DNA of 20,431 nucleotides from an uncultured bacterium (GCA_965662845.1 CBFIJD010000001.1:76106-96536); one strand, 5' to 3'; shown: positions 1 through 11,536, numbered from the stretch's first letter. Translations and numbers: made by a program. The notes: generated from the letters alone by a model not told the origin.

Positions 1-59
1 TGGTGTGAGGAGCGAGCGCGGGAAGAAACAGCCTCGGAGCGCAAAGAGAGAGGCAGGAC

Positions 60-737
60 TTAGGGGCGTCGTTCTTCGGTGACGTTGTCAGCGTGTCCAA
101 TAATCAAAATCTCTGTCATGTTCACGAAAAGACCATTTTCGACAACGCCAGCGATCAAATTCAACTGGGTTTCTAGTTCAATCGGACTCTCAATCCGTCC
201 AAAAGCACAGTCGACGATGAAATTGCCCTCGTCGCTGCGGAAGGGCGTGGTGCCGTTCAGCCGCAAGACAGGTGTGCAATGCAGCCGCTGAATTTTGTGG
301 ACGGTCGCCTCCCAGCCGAAAGGAATGATCTCGACAGGCAGCGGGAACTTCCCTAGATCTGCGACTTTTTTGGAGGAGTCAACAATGATGATGCGCTTCT
401 TAGCTGCCGCGGCAACGATTTTTTCACGCAACAGCGCGCCCCCTCCTCCTTTGATGAGCTGCAGGTTGTGATCGACCTCATCGGCTCCATCAATGCACAA
501 GTCAAGTTCAGGGTGTTGCTCTAGCGTGGTGAGTTCAATGTCTTCTTGTTCGGCCAGCTCACGCGTAGCCTCGGAGGTGGGGACAGCCTTGACCTTCAGG
601 CCCGCGCGCACTTTTTCTCCGAGTTTTTTCACGGCAAATGCGGCTGTGGAGCCGGTCCCTAAACCAACCAGCATTCCGTCTTGGACGTGTTCCACTGCGG
701 CTTCAGCGGCTCGTTGCTTTTCACTCAATGATGCCAT
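60..737 (-). CDS. rpiA: Ribose-5-phosphate isomerase A
   Basis: 225 aa with the RpiA motifs VGLGTGSTA, DGADEVD, IKGGGGALLREK, FPLPVE and GVVENGLF. The start overlaps the 3' end of tkt by 17 nt. Confidence 0.97.
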   Translation of the reverse strand: MASLSEKQRAAEAAVEHVQDGMLVGLGTGSTAAFAVKKLGEKVRAGLKVKAVPTSEATRELAEQEDIELTTLEQHPELDLCIDGADEVDHNLQLIKGGGGALLREKIVAAAAKKRIIIVDSSKKVADLGKFPLPVEIIPFGWEATVHKIQRLHCTPVLRLNGTTPFRSDEGNFIVDCAFGRIESPIELETQLNLIAGVVENGLFVNMTEILIIGHADNVTEERRP

Positions 738-2802
738 CTTCTTTTAGCCATTCTAAAAGGGTGTCTCTCAATTGCTCAGGTTCAAACCCAAATTCACGCT
801 GCAAATCACTGTGAGGGGCCGATGCGCCAAAATCAGAATACCCTAGCAAATAGTCAGCGTATTTGCGCCAAGGCCCCTCTACGCCTGCTTCGACTGAGAC
901 AACCAGCGCTCCTTGTGGAAAGAGATATTCCTGAAAGTCGCCGTCTTCATAATCGATCATCTCAATGCACGGGGCGGAGACGTGACGTATCGGAATGCCG
1001 ACCGCTTGCAGCATGTGGCGGACTTGCTGTGCTGCGCCCCCTTCGGATCCAGTGGACAGGATCACAATCCCTGGGATGCTGCTGTCTGAGAGCTGATACT
1101 CTCTTCCTCTCGTGCTCTGGTAGTCGAAGTCTTGGACGATGTAAGCCCCTTGGAGAAGTTCTTGCGCTTCAAACTCTTCCCGACGCGCCAGTGGTTCCGT
1201 TTTCTGGCGTGTGAGCAACAGCGCAGTGGGCGTCAACTCGTGGTCTTTGCCTAAGCAAGAGGCCCAAGCTGCTGCGGTCTCCAGCGCATCGGCAGGTCGC
1301 CAGACTTCCAACTCAGGGATCAGACGCAAGGCCCAAGCGTGTTCAATGGGCTGATGCGTGGGGCCGTCTTCGCCAACAGCATAGGAGTCATGCGTGAAGA
1401 CAAAGACAGAGGGCAATCCTGAGAGGGCAGCCAGCCGAATGCTCGGCCGCATGTAGTCTGAGAAGACTAAGAAGGTGGAACCAAAAGGACGAAAGCCACC
1501 GAAGAGCGCGAGCCCATTGACGATCGACCCCATCGCGTGTTCACGGATGCCAAAATGAATGTTCCGTCCGCGAAACGATGGGTCGGGCAGATCGTTGGAT
1601 TCAAGAGTGGCGGGAGTGACGCTGGAGAATTCTTTCAAGAGTGTTTTGGTGCTAGGCTCTAAGTCGGCAGAGCCGCCAACAAAGGCCGGCAGAAGCTCAG
1701 CGGCTTTCTGCATCACTTTGCCCGAGAGAGAGCGTGTAGCGTCCACACTGTCTTGTACGACAGGGATAAACTGTTCTAGCAGCTCTGTATCACTCCAGCG
1801 CGGTTCCCATTGTTGAGACCAGGCCGTGGCTTTCTCTGCATTTGCTGTCTGCCATGCTGTGAACGAGGCTTGCCATGCTTCGTAGGCGTCCAAATTGACC
1901 GCCTTGCGTTGCTCAAACACTTCATACACTTCTTGCGGGACATAGAAGTTTTCATGGTCTCCCCAGTTCAACGCCGCGCGGGTCGCTTGCAGCTCGTCGG
2001 CACCCAAAGGAGCGCCGTGGACGCCAGACGACCCTTGTTTGTTCGGAGCCCCCTTGCCGATGGTGGTGCGCGCGATGATCAGCGAGGGTTGGTTGGTCAC
2101 GTTTTGTGCGCTTTGAATCGACTGCGAAATTTGCGCGTGGTCGTGCCCGTCACATTCTTGAACGTGCCAGCCGTAAGCCTCAAAGCGCTTGCCCACGTTT
2201 TCACTCATTGCCAGCCGAGCCTCACCGGCAATGGTGATTTGGTTGCTGTCATAAATCGCGATCAGGTTTCCCAACCCGAGGTGTCCTGCCAAGGAAGCCG
2301 CTTCACTCGAGACACCTTCTTGCATGTCTCCATCGCTACACATCACATAAATGAAGGGGTTGATGAGCGGGTGCTGCTCATCGTTGAAACGAGCGGCGTG
2401 CATCTTAGCCGCGAGCGCCATCCCGACGCCGTTTCCAAAGCCCGCGCCCAGAGGGCCTGTCGTGCACTCGACTCCAGGAGTGACCCGAAATTCGGGGTGC
2501 CCTGGCGTTTGACTTTGCAATTGGCGAAAACGCTGCAGCTCTTCCAGCGGGAGGTCGTAGCCAGAGAGATGCAGCATGGAATACAACAAGGCGGAGGCGT
2601 GCCCGACCGACAATACGAACCGATCGCGGTTGACCCACTCTGGATCGTCTGGGTTGTATCGTAAAAATTCAGTCCACAGCACAAAAGCAGCGTCAGCGAG
2701 CCCCATCGGCGCACCTGGGTGTCCGCTGTTTGCTCGTTCGACCATATCCGCAGAAAGTAAGCGGATCGTGCTGACGCATAATTCGCGCAGTTGCTGTTGC
2801 AT
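721..2802 (-). CDS. tkt: Transketolase (693 aa)
   Basis: Motifs SGHPGAPMG, DRFVLSVGH, TPGHPE, TPP-binding SDGDMQEG, FGIREHAM and GEDGPTHQP. Start moved to ATG 2802 (MQQQLRELC), which has GGGAG upstream. The longer track ORF runs through a hairpin into the rpoC stop. Confidence 0.96.
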   Translation of the reverse strand: MQQQLRELCVSTIRLLSADMVERANSGHPGAPMGLADAAFVLWTEFLRYNPDDPEWVNRDRFVLSVGHASALLYSMLHLSGYDLPLEELQRFRQLQSQTPGHPEFRVTPGVECTTGPLGAGFGNGVGMALAAKMHAARFNDEQHPLINPFIYVMCSDGDMQEGVSSEAASLAGHLGLGNLIAIYDSNQITIAGEARLAMSENVGKRFEAYGWHVQECDGHDHAQISQSIQSAQNVTNQPSLIIARTTIGKGAPNKQGSSGVHGAPLGADELQATRAALNWGDHENFYVPQEVYEVFEQRKAVNLDAYEAWQASFTAWQTANAEKATAWSQQWEPRWSDTELLEQFIPVVQDSVDATRSLSGKVMQKAAELLPAFVGGSADLEPSTKTLLKEFSSVTPATLESNDLPDPSFRGRNIHFGIREHAMGSIVNGLALFGGFRPFGSTFLVFSDYMRPSIRLAALSGLPSVFVFTHDSYAVGEDGPTHQPIEHAWALRLIPELEVWRPADALETAAAWASCLGKDHELTPTALLLTRQKTEPLARREEFEAQELLQGAYIVQDFDYQSTRGREYQLSDSSIPGIVILSTGSEGGAAQQVRHMLQAVGIPIRHVSAPCIEMIDYEDGDFQEYLFPQGALVVSVEAGVEGPWRKYADYLLGYSDFGASAPHSDLQREFGFEPEQLRDTLLEWLKEDGIIE

Positions 2803-2814
2803 GCTGATCTCCCA

Positions 2815-2846
2815 AAAAGGCGAAGAGAGCGGCCATTGCTGGCCGC
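2815..2846 (-). terminator. Hairpin just downstream of rpoC (candidate intrinsic terminator or stabilising stem)
   Basis: The minus strand reads GCGGCCA-GCAA-TGGCCGC (2846-2829): a 7-bp perfect stem with a GNRA loop, followed by TCTCTTCGCCTTTT, 6 nt after the rpoC TGA. Confidence 0.6.
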
Positions 2847-2852
2847 AGTGGA

Positions 2853-5800
2853 TCAAACCGTGGACTCTGGGACTTGCGAGACTTGAGAAGCTCGAGAGCC
2901 ATCGGACACCTCGTAGTCCATCCCCTTAAAGGCATTGTATCCGGTGCCCGCAGGGATCAGGCGTCCTAGGATCACATTTTCTTTCAGGCCGCGGAAAACA
3001 TCGAACTTACCCGAGAGCGCCGCATCTGTGAGCACCTTCGTGGTTTCTTGGAAAGAGGCTGCGGAGATGAAGGAATCTGTGCTGAGAGACGCTTTGGTGA
3101 TGCCTTGCAGGAGCGGCTTGGAACGAGCCGGCAGCCGACCTTCTTCAAGCAGTTGCTGATTTTGACGATTGAATTCTACTTTGGAGACAATTTCTCCAAT
3201 CAGGAAGGTCGAATCACCAGGATCTTCGACATACACTTGGCGCAACATCTGGCGCACAATGACCTCGATGTGTTTGTCGTTGATGTTCACGCCTTGCAGG
3301 CGATACACCTGTTGCACTTCGTTGACCAGATAATTTTGCAGCGCTTTGGTTCCTTTGACCGCGAGAATATCGTGCGGGTTCGGAGAGCCATCAATCAGCG
3401 GGTCTCCCGCGCGCACAAACTCTCCCACGTGCACCGTGACGTGGCGTCCACGAGGCACCAAGTACTCTTTCTGTTCGCCTTTCGGGTCTTCTGGACGGAT
3501 GATGAGGCGTTGCTTCTTCTTCATGTCAGAGCCGAACTCCACAATTCCATCAATCTCGCTAATGATCGCCTGATCTTTGGGGATGCGCGCTTCGAAGAGC
3601 TCGGCCACGCGAGGGAGCCCTCCCGTAATATCTTTGTTCTTTGCCAGCTCGCGGGGAATCTTCGCGAGCGTGTCACCCGCGTGCACTTCTAAGCCGTGAT
3701 CAACGACCAGCTCCGATTTCACTGGCAGCGCGAACTCGGCAGGCGTCCCGTTGTCTCGCTGCACCAGCTCTCCCTGTGAATCGCGGACTTGAATCCGCGG
3801 GCGCTTTTCGTGATTGGGAGACTCCTTGATCACACGACGAGAGAGGTTTGTGACTTCATCGACCTGTTCCTTAAAAGTTTCGCCTTCTTCAAGATCCACG
3901 AAATGGGCGATGCCAGTGACATCTGTGATGATCGGGATGGAGAAGGGGTCCCACTCGGCCAAGGTCTCCGCCTGCTCCACGTCGCTGCCTTCCGGTTTGC
4001 GTAGCTTTGTGCCGAGTGGCAGCGGCCGTCGTTCTTTTTCGCGCCCCAGATGGTCAACAATGACGGCTTCTCCCCGACGCCCAAGCACAACCAAGTTGTT
4101 GTCACGGTCGCGGACTTCTTTCAGATCTTCAAACTTGAGCGCCCCACTGAAGCGTGCTTCCCACGTGTTTTGCTCAGCGCGTCGACTCGCTGTACCGCCA
4201 ATGTGGAAGGTGCGCATGGTTAGCTGTGTGCCAGGCTCGCCAATACTCTGTGCGGCAATGACACCGACCGACTCACCCAAGTTGACCAAGTGCCCGTGCG
4301 CCAGATCGCGACCGTAGCAGAGGCAACAGACCCCATGCTCCATCATGCAGGTCAACACCGAGCGGACTCGGATCCGTTCAATCCCCGCTTCTTCAATCAG
4401 CGCGACCTCTCTCTCTGTGATCTGCTGGCCTGCTTCAATCAGCACCTTGTCTTCATCGATGGGATCAATGACATCTTCCAACGCGACCCGCCCTAGGACT
4501 CGGTCGCCGAGGCTTTCGATAATTTCCCCCGATTCAATCAGGGCGGTCATGTCAATCCCATCCAAAGTCCCACAGTCGCGCCCCGTGATGACAGTGTCTT
4601 GGGCGACGTCGACGAGGCGTCTTGTGAGATAACCCGAGTTGGCTGTTTTCAGGGCCGTGTCCGCCAATCCCTTCCGCGCGCCGTGTGTGGAGATGAAGTA
4701 TTCCAAGACGTTCAAGCCTTCGCGGAAGTTCGCCAGAATGGGCGTTTCGATGATTTCTCCCGACGGCTTGGCCATCAGGCCGCGCATTCCCGCAAGCTGC
4801 TTCATCTGTTGGTTTGAACCGCGAGCGCCCGAGTCTGCCATCATGAAGATGGAGTTGACTTTGAGGGTCTTGTCTTCTTGATCCATCATCTCTTTAGAGA
4901 GGCCGCCTAGCATGCGCTCGGCGATTTTCTCCGTCGTCTTCGCCCAGACGTCGATGACTTGGTTGTAGCGTTCCCCGTCTGTAATGGCGCCTTCTTGGTA
5001 TTCGGTGTTGATTCGGTTGATCTCGACCAGAGCACGCGACAACAGATCTTCCTTGTCGGTCGGGATCACCATGTCCATCATGCTGATCGAGAAGCCCGCT
5101 TTAGTCGCAAAGCGATAGCCAAGGCTTTTCATGTCATCAAGCATGCGGATGGTTTTGATGCTTCCTGCGATGCGATACGCTTGGTCAATCAACTCAGCCA
5201 TCTGCTTCTTCTTGAGTTGGCGGTTGATGAAGGCGTAAGGCACCTCTTCTGGAACAATGAGGGACAGGATCGCACGGCCCACCGTCGTTGGGGTGAGCTC
5301 TGTATCCTCTGGTCGAAGGCGAAGCTGAATCTTCGCGTGCAGATCCACTTTGTTGTGGTCATAAGCGGCGACCACCTCTTCGCGGTTAGCGAAGGATTTG
5401 CCCTCGCCCCGCAGCCCGTCAGCCTCGCGTGTAATCCAATACAGCCCCAAGACCATGTCTTGCGTCGGCGTCATCAGTGGCTTCCCGTTGGCCGGAGACA
5501 TGATGTTGTTGGTCGACATCATCAGGATTTTTGCCTCCAGCTGTGCTTCGACAGAGAGCGGCACATGCACGGCCATCTGGTCGCCATCAAAGTCCGCGTT
5601 GAATGCGGTACACACTAGCGGATGCAGCTGAACGGCTTTGCCTTCAATCAGCACAGGCTCGAAGGCTTGGATGCCTAAGCGGTGCAGCGTTGGCGCACGA
5701 TTGAGCAGGATTGGGTGCTCGCGCACGGCTTCTTCCAGGATGGCCCAGACGCGCGGTGAGTTTTCTTCCAGCTTCTTCTTGGCCATTTTGATGGTGTGAA

Positions 5801-6965
5801 TCTCTTGATAGTCAATCAGCTTGTGAAAGATAAAGGGCTTAAAGAGCTCCCGCGCCATGACTTTGGGGAGGCCACACTGATGCAGCTTGAGCGTCGGCCC
5901 CACCACGATCACTGTTCGGCCCGAATAATCCACGCGCTTTCCAAGCAGATTTTGCCGAAACCGCCCCTGCTTGCCTTTGAGCATGTCGCTGAGTGACTTC
6001 AGCGGGCGCTTGTTGGAGCCCACCATTGGGCGCCCTCGCCGACCATTATCGAACAGCGCGTCCACCGACTCTTGGAGCATCCGCTTTTCGTTCTTCACAA
6101 TGATGCTCGGAGCGCGCAGCTCAATCAGGCGCTTGAGGCGGTTGTTGCGATGAATCACTCGGCGATAGAGGTCATTGAGGTCACTGGTCGCAAAGCGTCC
6201 ACCTTCGAGCGGCACCAAGGGGCGCAGCTCTGGGGGAAGGACAGGCAACGTGTCGATGATCATTGCATCTACAGAGTTCCCTGAGTTGAGCAAGGAGCTG
6301 ACGATGTTCAGACGTTTTGCGATCCGCTTACGGCGCGTTTCCGAGGTGACCGTCCGCAGCTCTTCGCGGAGTTGTTGATCCAGCTCTTCTAAGTCCATCT
6401 CGCGCATCAAAGAGCGTACGGATTCAGCGCCCATCCCAAGCAGCAGATCGGGGAATTGCTCTTGCAGATCGTAAGCGTTTTCTTCCTCAACGAGGCTCAA
6501 CTTCTCCAACTCTGAACTCCCCGGATCCATCACGATGTAGGCGTCAAAATACAGCACCCGCTCCAGATCGCGTAACGTCATCTCCAACAGCGTGGCGATG
6601 CGGCTGGGCACACCTTTCAGGAACCAGACATGAGAGACCGGAGTGGCCAGCTTGATATGCCCCATCCGCTCGCGTCGCACTTTGGACTCGATCACTTCCA
6701 CACCACACTTTTCGCAGGTGATGCCTCGGTGCTTCATGCGCTTGTACTTCCCGCAGATGCACTCGTAGTCGTGAATCGGACCAAAGATCTTGCCGCAGAA
6801 CAAACCATCGCGCTCTGGCTTGAAGGTGCGATAGTTGATGGTCTCAGAGGTTTTTACTTCACCAAAAGACCAAGACAGGACGTCGTCACCCGTCGCAATT
6901 TTGATGCGGATGGCCGAATAATTTTTAGGATCTTCGGCGAGTTCATACATTTTTTCAGAGATCAT
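2853..6965 (-). CDS. rpoC: DNA-directed RNA polymerase beta' subunit
   Basis: 1370 aa. Catalytic NADFDGD, N-terminal zinc finger (CICGK...CEKC), bridge helix [14 protein letters not shown] and trigger loop [18 protein letters not shown] lies 5 nt before the ATG. Confidence 0.99.
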   Translation of the reverse strand: MISEKMYELAEDPKNYSAIRIKIATGDDVLSWSFGEVKTSETINYRTFKPERDGLFCGKIFGPIHDYECICGKYKRMKHRGITCEKCGVEVIESKVRRERMGHIKLATPVSHVWFLKGVPSRIATLLEMTLRDLERVLYFDAYIVMDPGSSELEKLSLVEEENAYDLQEQFPDLLLGMGAESVRSLMREMDLEELDQQLREELRTVTSETRRKRIAKRLNIVSSLLNSGNSVDAMIIDTLPVLPPELRPLVPLEGGRFATSDLNDLYRRVIHRNNRLKRLIELRAPSIIVKNEKRMLQESVDALFDNGRRGRPMVGSNKRPLKSLSDMLKGKQGRFRQNLLGKRVDYSGRTVIVVGPTLKLHQCGLPKVMARELFKPFIFHKLIDYQEIHTIKMAKKKLEENSPRVWAILEEAVREHPILLNRAPTLHRLGIQAFEPVLIEGKAVQLHPLVCTAFNADFDGDQMAVHVPLSVEAQLEAKILMMSTNNIMSPANGKPLMTPTQDMVLGLYWITREADGLRGEGKSFANREEVVAAYDHNKVDLHAKIQLRLRPEDTELTPTTVGRAILSLIVPEEVPYAFINRQLKKKQMAELIDQAYRIAGSIKTIRMLDDMKSLGYRFATKAGFSISMMDMVIPTDKEDLLSRALVEINRINTEYQEGAITDGERYNQVIDVWAKTTEKIAERMLGGLSKEMMDQEDKTLKVNSIFMMADSGARGSNQQMKQLAGMRGLMAKPSGEIIETPILANFREGLNVLEYFISTHGARKGLADTALKTANSGYLTRRLVDVAQDTVITGRDCGTLDGIDMTALIESGEIIESLGDRVLGRVALEDVIDPIDEDKVLIEAGQQITEREVALIEEAGIERIRVRSVLTCMMEHGVCCLCYGRDLAHGHLVNLGESVGVIAAQSIGEPGTQLTMRTFHIGGTASRRAEQNTWEARFSGALKFEDLKEVRDRDNNLVVLGRRGEAVIVDHLGREKERRPLPLGTKLRKPEGSDVEQAETLAEWDPFSIPIITDVTGIAHFVDLEEGETFKEQVDEVTNLSRRVIKESPNHEKRPRIQVRDSQGELVQRDNGTPAEFALPVKSELVVDHGLEVHAGDTLAKIPRELAKNKDITGGLPRVAELFEARIPKDQAIISEIDGIVEFGSDMKKKQRLIIRPEDPKGEQKEYLVPRGRHVTVHVGEFVRAGDPLIDGSPNPHDILAVKGTKALQNYLVNEVQQVYRLQGVNINDKHIEVIVRQMLRQVYVEDPGDSTFLIGEIVSKVEFNRQNQQLLEEGRLPARSKPLLQGITKASLSTDSFISAASFQETTKVLTDAALSGKFDVFRGLKENVILGRLIPAGTGYNAFKGMDYEVSDGSRASQVSQVPESTV

Positions 6966-7005
6966 TAGGGCTCCTAGTGAGTTAGCATTCCTGACGATTG
7001 GGCGC

Positions 7006-10000
7006 TCAGACTTCTTCGGAAAGCGCGGTCTCTTCTTTCGCCGCGGCCGCTTCGCTGGCTTCGTCGTTTTCTTCGGCTTCGACCTCTTGCAGCAGTTCGA
7101 TATTTAAGCAGAGGCTTTTGAGTTCACTGATGAGGACTTTGAACGACTCGGGGAGACCGCTGTCCACTTGATGCTTTCCTTTGACGATGGCTTCGTAGAT
7201 TTTGTTGCGCCCTTGCACGTCGTCGGATTTGACGGTGAGCAGCTCTTGCAGCGTGTGAGCGGCCCCATACGCTTCGAGTGCCCAGACTTCCATCTCTCCG
7301 AAACGCTGCCCACCAAACTGCGCTTTTCCACCGAGCGGCTGCTGAGTCACCAGTGAATAAGGGCCGATGGATCGAGCGTGAATTTTTTCGTCTACCAAGT
7401 GATGCAATTTCAGGATGTAGGCGTAGCCCACTGTGACTTTCTGGCTGAAGCGGTCACCGGTTTGCCCGTCGCGCAGCCAGACTTGACCTGAGTGGTTGAG
7501 CCCAGCGAGGTCGGCCATTCGGTGAATGTCTTCTTCGGTTGCGCCGTCAAAGACCGGGGTCGCCATGTGGACTCCTGCGCGGTAGCGCTTCACAAACTCT
7601 AGAAACTCCTCGTCGTTCATCGAGTCAAAGTGCTCTTTCACCATGTTCGAGTCATAGACCGCGTGCAGGAAGTCTCGCAGTTGCTGAACCGGTTGGGCTT
7701 GGTCTAGCATCTCTTGCACTCTCTTCCCAAGGCCTGCGGCTACTCGTCCGAGGTGTGTTTCGAGGACTTGCCCAATGTTCATACGTGAGGGAACCCCCAG
7801 TGGGTTCAGCACCACATCGACGCAGGTGCCGTCCTCAAGGTAGGGCATATTTTCAATGGGCTGGATGGTGGAGACGACCCCTTTGTTCCCGTGGCGCCCA
7901 GCCATCTTATCGCCAACAGACAGCTTCCGTTTTGTAGCGATGTAGACTTTGACCATACGAATCACGCCAGGAGGCAAGTCATCTCCTTTGGAGAGCTTTT
8001 CGCAGCGATCTTCGAAGACATTGTCCATCATCTCTTTCTGCTGCATCGCGTTATGAATGAGCGTATGCACTTTGTTGTTCGTCGTCGCGTCTTCCAGTTG
8101 AATTTCGTCGATGGCTCCCCGCATGAACTGCACTTGCTCCAGCGCCTCGCGGGAGAGCGGAGCACCCGCCGGATGCAGCACATCCCCTTGGAGGTTTCGC
8201 AGCTCTTCGGCAAGGTTGTGTCCCTCTGCCACCGCACAGATGCGATCGATCAGATTCTTGCGGATGATGCGGACTTCATCTTGGTGATCCTTCTCATACT
8301 TGCGCAGCGTCTCTTTCTCAATTTGGCGTGTGCGTTCGTCGCGCTCCACTCCCTCGCGATTGAAGACGACCACATCGGTGACAATGCCTTCCATGCCTTG
8401 TGACACGCGCAAGGAGGTGTCGCGGACATCTCCGGCTTTCTCGCCGAAGATCGCGCGCAACAGCTTCTCTTCTGGGTTCAGCTGCGTTTCCCCTTTCGGA
8501 GTGACTTTTCCAACGAGGATATCACCGGAGCGCACATAGGTTCCGATGCGGATCACGCCGCTCTCGTCCAAATTTTTGAGAGCGTCTTCGCTGACATTGG
8601 GGATGTCGCGTGTGATCTCTTCTTTCCCTAACTTTGTATCCCGCGCGACAGTGTCTAGGACGTCTATATGAATAGAAGTGTAGACATCTTCGTGAAGAAT
8701 GCGCTCAGAGACCATGATCGAGTCTTCGAAGTTGTATCCGTTCCAAGGCATGAACGCGATGAGAGCGTTTTGTCCCAATGCCAGCTCGCCATTCTCTGTG
8801 GACGCTCCGTCTGCGATGATATCTCCAGCGTTGACATACTCCCCTTGCTTCACCAAGGGGCGCTGATTGATGCAGGTGTTTTGGTTGGAGCGGCGATACT
8901 TGATGAGGTGGTAGATATCGACGTTGTTCGGAACGATTCCTTCCTCTGTTGACAGATCTACGTCCGCTTGGATGACGATGCGGGCGGCGTCGCTGCTATC
9001 GACGATACCTGAGCGGCGCGCGACAATGCAGGTTCCAGAGTCAAGAGCCCCTTGAAACTCCATCCCCGTACCGACATAAGGCGCGCGCGGTTTCACGAGA
9101 GGGACGCCTTGGCGCTGCATGTTCGACCCCATCAGGGCCCGGTTAGCGTCGTCATGCTCCAGGAACGGGATGAGGGACGCTGCGACCGAAACCAACTGGA
9201 TCGGAGAGACGTCGATGTAGTCTATTTGCTCGCGCGGCACCATGCTGAATTCACTGCCCACACGCGCATTCACAAATTCGTCGACGAGTCTGCCGTTTTC
9301 ATCCACGACGGCGTTCGCCTGCGCAATTTTGAAGCGGTCTTCTTCCGTCGCCGAGAGGTATTCAAACGTCTCGCTTAGGACCCCTTCTTCGATTTTGCGG
9401 TAGGGCGTCTCTAAAAAGCCGAACTGATTGACGCGTGCAAAGGAGGCCAGAGAGGCAATCAGGCCAATGTTTGGGCCTTCAGGCGTTTCAATCGGGCAGA
9501 TGCGTCCATAGTGAGAAGAGTGAACGTCACGCACGTCGAAGCCTGCGCGCTCACGAGTGAGCCCCCCGGGCCCCAGCGCACTGAGGCGCCGCTTGTGGGT
9601 GATCTCAGAGAGAGGATTGGTCTGATCCATAAACTGAGACAGCTGGCTGCTGCCAAAAAATTCGTGAATGGCACCGGCGACGGGCTTCGCGTTCACGATG
9701 TCGTGTAGCATCATTGTTTCGGTGTCGTGCAAAGACATGCGCTCTTTGATCGTGCGCTCCATACGAATCAAGCCGATCCGGAATTGCGTCTCGAGCAGCT
9801 CGCCCACGCTGCGAACGCGGCGGTTCCCTAGATGATCAATATCATCAATGTAGGTGCTGCTGTTGCCTTCGCGGAGCAAGAGCAGATAGCGGACGGTTTC
9901 TAAAATATCTCGATGCGACAGGACCGTCTGCTCAAGCGGGTCATCCGTGTTCAGCTTCTCGTTGATCTTTAAGCGGCCGACTTGCGACAAGCTGTAACGA

Positions 10001-11232
10001 TCGTCGTTGAAGAAGAAGTTTTGCAACATAGTCTGCGCCGCCTCTAGCGTGGGGGGATCCCCAGGCTTCATCTTCTTATAGAGTTCGATCAGTGACTGTT
10101 CTGGAGATGTAGAGCGGTCTAGTTCTAAGGTGTCGCGAAAGCTTGGGCCGGCCGTCAAGGGTGGGTTGATGTAGAGGACGTCGAATTGCTCAACTCCGCT
10201 TTCGACGAGTCTCGCGATGAGGTCTGAAGTCACCAACGAGTTACAGGACGCGACCAGCTGTCCCTCCGCGTCGTTGATGTTCTTAGCGAGATAGCGAGAG
10301 CGAATTTCAGAGAAGCTCGTGGGGAGCTTAGTCACTCCCGCTTTCAGCAACTTATTCAGGTTGCGCCGATGCAGCTTCTGTCCGGCCCGCACGAGCACTT
10401 CGCCTTCTTCGCTGAGGACATCTTGTGTCACTTTCTGGTCTTGCGTCACTTGCTCGTTCACAAAGCGGAAATACGCTTGTTCTTCTGGCGGTTCATTGGC
10501 GCTGCACGCGCTGATGTCAATGGTCTCTGCGGGGTAGAAGAGGTTCAGTAGCTGTTCGTCGTTGTAGCCCAGAGCCCGCAGCAGGATCGTTGCTGGGAAT
10601 TTGCGCCGTCGGTCGATGCGTGCGTACAGCAAATCTTTGGCGTCGAATTCAAAATCCAGCCACGAACCTCGCTGTGGGATCAGACGCGCGTTGTAGAGCA
10701 GCTTGCCGCTAGAGTGGCCCTTCCCTTTGTCGTGTCCAAAAAACACACCCGGGCTCTTGTGCATCTGGCTCACGATGACGCGCTCCGTTCCGTTGATGAT
10801 GAAAGAGCCCGTCGGAGTCATCAGCGGGATTTCTCCCAAGTAGATGTCCTGCTCTTTAATGTCGCGGATCTGCTTAACCTCCTCTTCACCCTCTTCTTTT
10901 TCCCAAACGATCAAACGCAGAGCGACGCGGATTGGACACGCATACGTCACCCCTCGGACGCGGCATTCTTCTACGGTGTGCTTGGGCTCCCCAAGGCGGT
11001 ATTGGACATACTCAAGTGTAGAGGAGTTGCTGTAATCGGAGATGGGAAAGACAGAGCGGAAGACAGCTTCCAGTCCCTTTTGTTTGTCGCGTTGCTCTGG
11101 AACAACTTCCCGCTGAAGGAACCTTTCAAAGGAATCCAACTGAATTTTGAGCAAGTGCGGAATGGCAATGGGCGGACTGATTTTGCCAAAGGAACGGCGG
11201 ATGCGATGTCGGTTTTTGAGCGTGACGGACAT
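7006..11232 (-). CDS. rpoB: DNA-directed RNA polymerase beta subunit
   Basis: 1408 aa. Motifs [52 protein letters not shown] and GGQRFGEME. Confidence 0.99.
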   Translation of the reverse strand: MSVTLKNRHRIRRSFGKISPPIAIPHLLKIQLDSFERFLQREVVPEQRDKQKGLEAVFRSVFPISDYSNSSTLEYVQYRLGEPKHTVEECRVRGVTYACPIRVALRLIVWEKEEGEEEVKQIRDIKEQDIYLGEIPLMTPTGSFIINGTERVIVSQMHKSPGVFFGHDKGKGHSSGKLLYNARLIPQRGSWLDFEFDAKDLLYARIDRRRKFPATILLRALGYNDEQLLNLFYPAETIDISACSANEPPEEQAYFRFVNEQVTQDQKVTQDVLSEEGEVLVRAGQKLHRRNLNKLLKAGVTKLPTSFSEIRSRYLAKNINDAEGQLVASCNSLVTSDLIARLVESGVEQFDVLYINPPLTAGPSFRDTLELDRSTSPEQSLIELYKKMKPGDPPTLEAAQTMLQNFFFNDDRYSLSQVGRLKINEKLNTDDPLEQTVLSHRDILETVRYLLLLREGNSSTYIDDIDHLGNRRVRSVGELLETQFRIGLIRMERTIKERMSLHDTETMMLHDIVNAKPVAGAIHEFFGSSQLSQFMDQTNPLSEITHKRRLSALGPGGLTRERAGFDVRDVHSSHYGRICPIETPEGPNIGLIASLASFARVNQFGFLETPYRKIEEGVLSETFEYLSATEEDRFKIAQANAVVDENGRLVDEFVNARVGSEFSMVPREQIDYIDVSPIQLVSVAASLIPFLEHDDANRALMGSNMQRQGVPLVKPRAPYVGTGMEFQGALDSGTCIVARRSGIVDSSDAARIVIQADVDLSTEEGIVPNNVDIYHLIKYRRSNQNTCINQRPLVKQGEYVNAGDIIADGASTENGELALGQNALIAFMPWNGYNFEDSIMVSERILHEDVYTSIHIDVLDTVARDTKLGKEEITRDIPNVSEDALKNLDESGVIRIGTYVRSGDILVGKVTPKGETQLNPEEKLLRAIFGEKAGDVRDTSLRVSQGMEGIVTDVVVFNREGVERDERTRQIEKETLRKYEKDHQDEVRIIRKNLIDRICAVAEGHNLAEELRNLQGDVLHPAGAPLSREALEQVQFMRGAIDEIQLEDATTNNKVHTLIHNAMQQKEMMDNVFEDRCEKLSKGDDLPPGVIRMVKVYIATKRKLSVGDKMAGRHGNKGVVSTIQPIENMPYLEDGTCVDVVLNPLGVPSRMNIGQVLETHLGRVAAGLGKRVQEMLDQAQPVQQLRDFLHAVYDSNMVKEHFDSMNDEEFLEFVKRYRAGVHMATPVFDGATEEDIHRMADLAGLNHSGQVWLRDGQTGDRFSQKVTVGYAYILKLHHLVDEKIHARSIGPYSLVTQQPLGGKAQFGGQRFGEMEVWALEAYGAAHTLQELLTVKSDDVQGRNKIYEAIVKGKHQVDSGLPESFKVLISELKSLCLNIELLQEVEAEENDEASEAAAAKEETALSEEV

Positions 11233-11264
11233 GGAGCTCTTCCTGAATTGAGAAGTTGACGAGA

Positions 11265-11396
11265 CTAGCTTCGCTCAGGCGGCAAATCGTAGTTGGATGA
11301 CGAAGCAACAACGCGTGCGGAGAAGGTAAAACAAGTCGGGAGTAATGCGGCATAGGGGGCTGCTGAGAGCAAAAGGAATCGGGCCGCGCTTTGCAC
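11265..11396 (-). CDS. Candidate 43-aa leader ORF upstream of rpoB ([43 protein letters not shown])
   Basis: A perfect AAGGAGG (11410-11404) lies 7 nt before GTG 11396. The TAG ends 32 nt before the rpoB ATG. I recognise no homology. Confidence 0.25.
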   Translation of the reverse strand: MQSAARFLLLSAAPYAALLPTCFTFSARVVASSSNYDLPPERS

Positions 11397-11536
11397 AGCA
11401 AAACCTCCTTGTGAGCATTCGAATCGGGTGATGTGCAGGATGGTATATCCGCGGAGACGGTAGGCGCCCCAATTTGAGAGGGCTTGCGAGATAAACTTTT
11501 ACTTATCTACGAGAGACAAATGAAAGTCAATCTTTT

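Noticed and set aside
20..56. Terminator after rpiA
   Set aside because: There is only a 5-bp stem (GCCTC/GAGGC) with a long loop, which is too weak to call.
9570..9660. Rifampicin-resistance substitutions in RpoB cluster I
   Set aside because: [26 protein letters not shown] keeps the susceptible-type Q, D, H and S residues.
2853..11232. Intein, intron, split or fusion in rpoB or rpoC
   Set aside because: Both have ordinary lengths and continuous motifs, and they are separate ORFs 40 nt apart with an SD before rpoC.
11126..11472. Track ORFs 11126-11401 and 11275-11472 as genes
   Set aside because: The TTG at 11401 is only 2 nt from the SD and that ORF overlaps rpoB out of frame. The other ORF has no SD. 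GTG 11396 fits the SD better.
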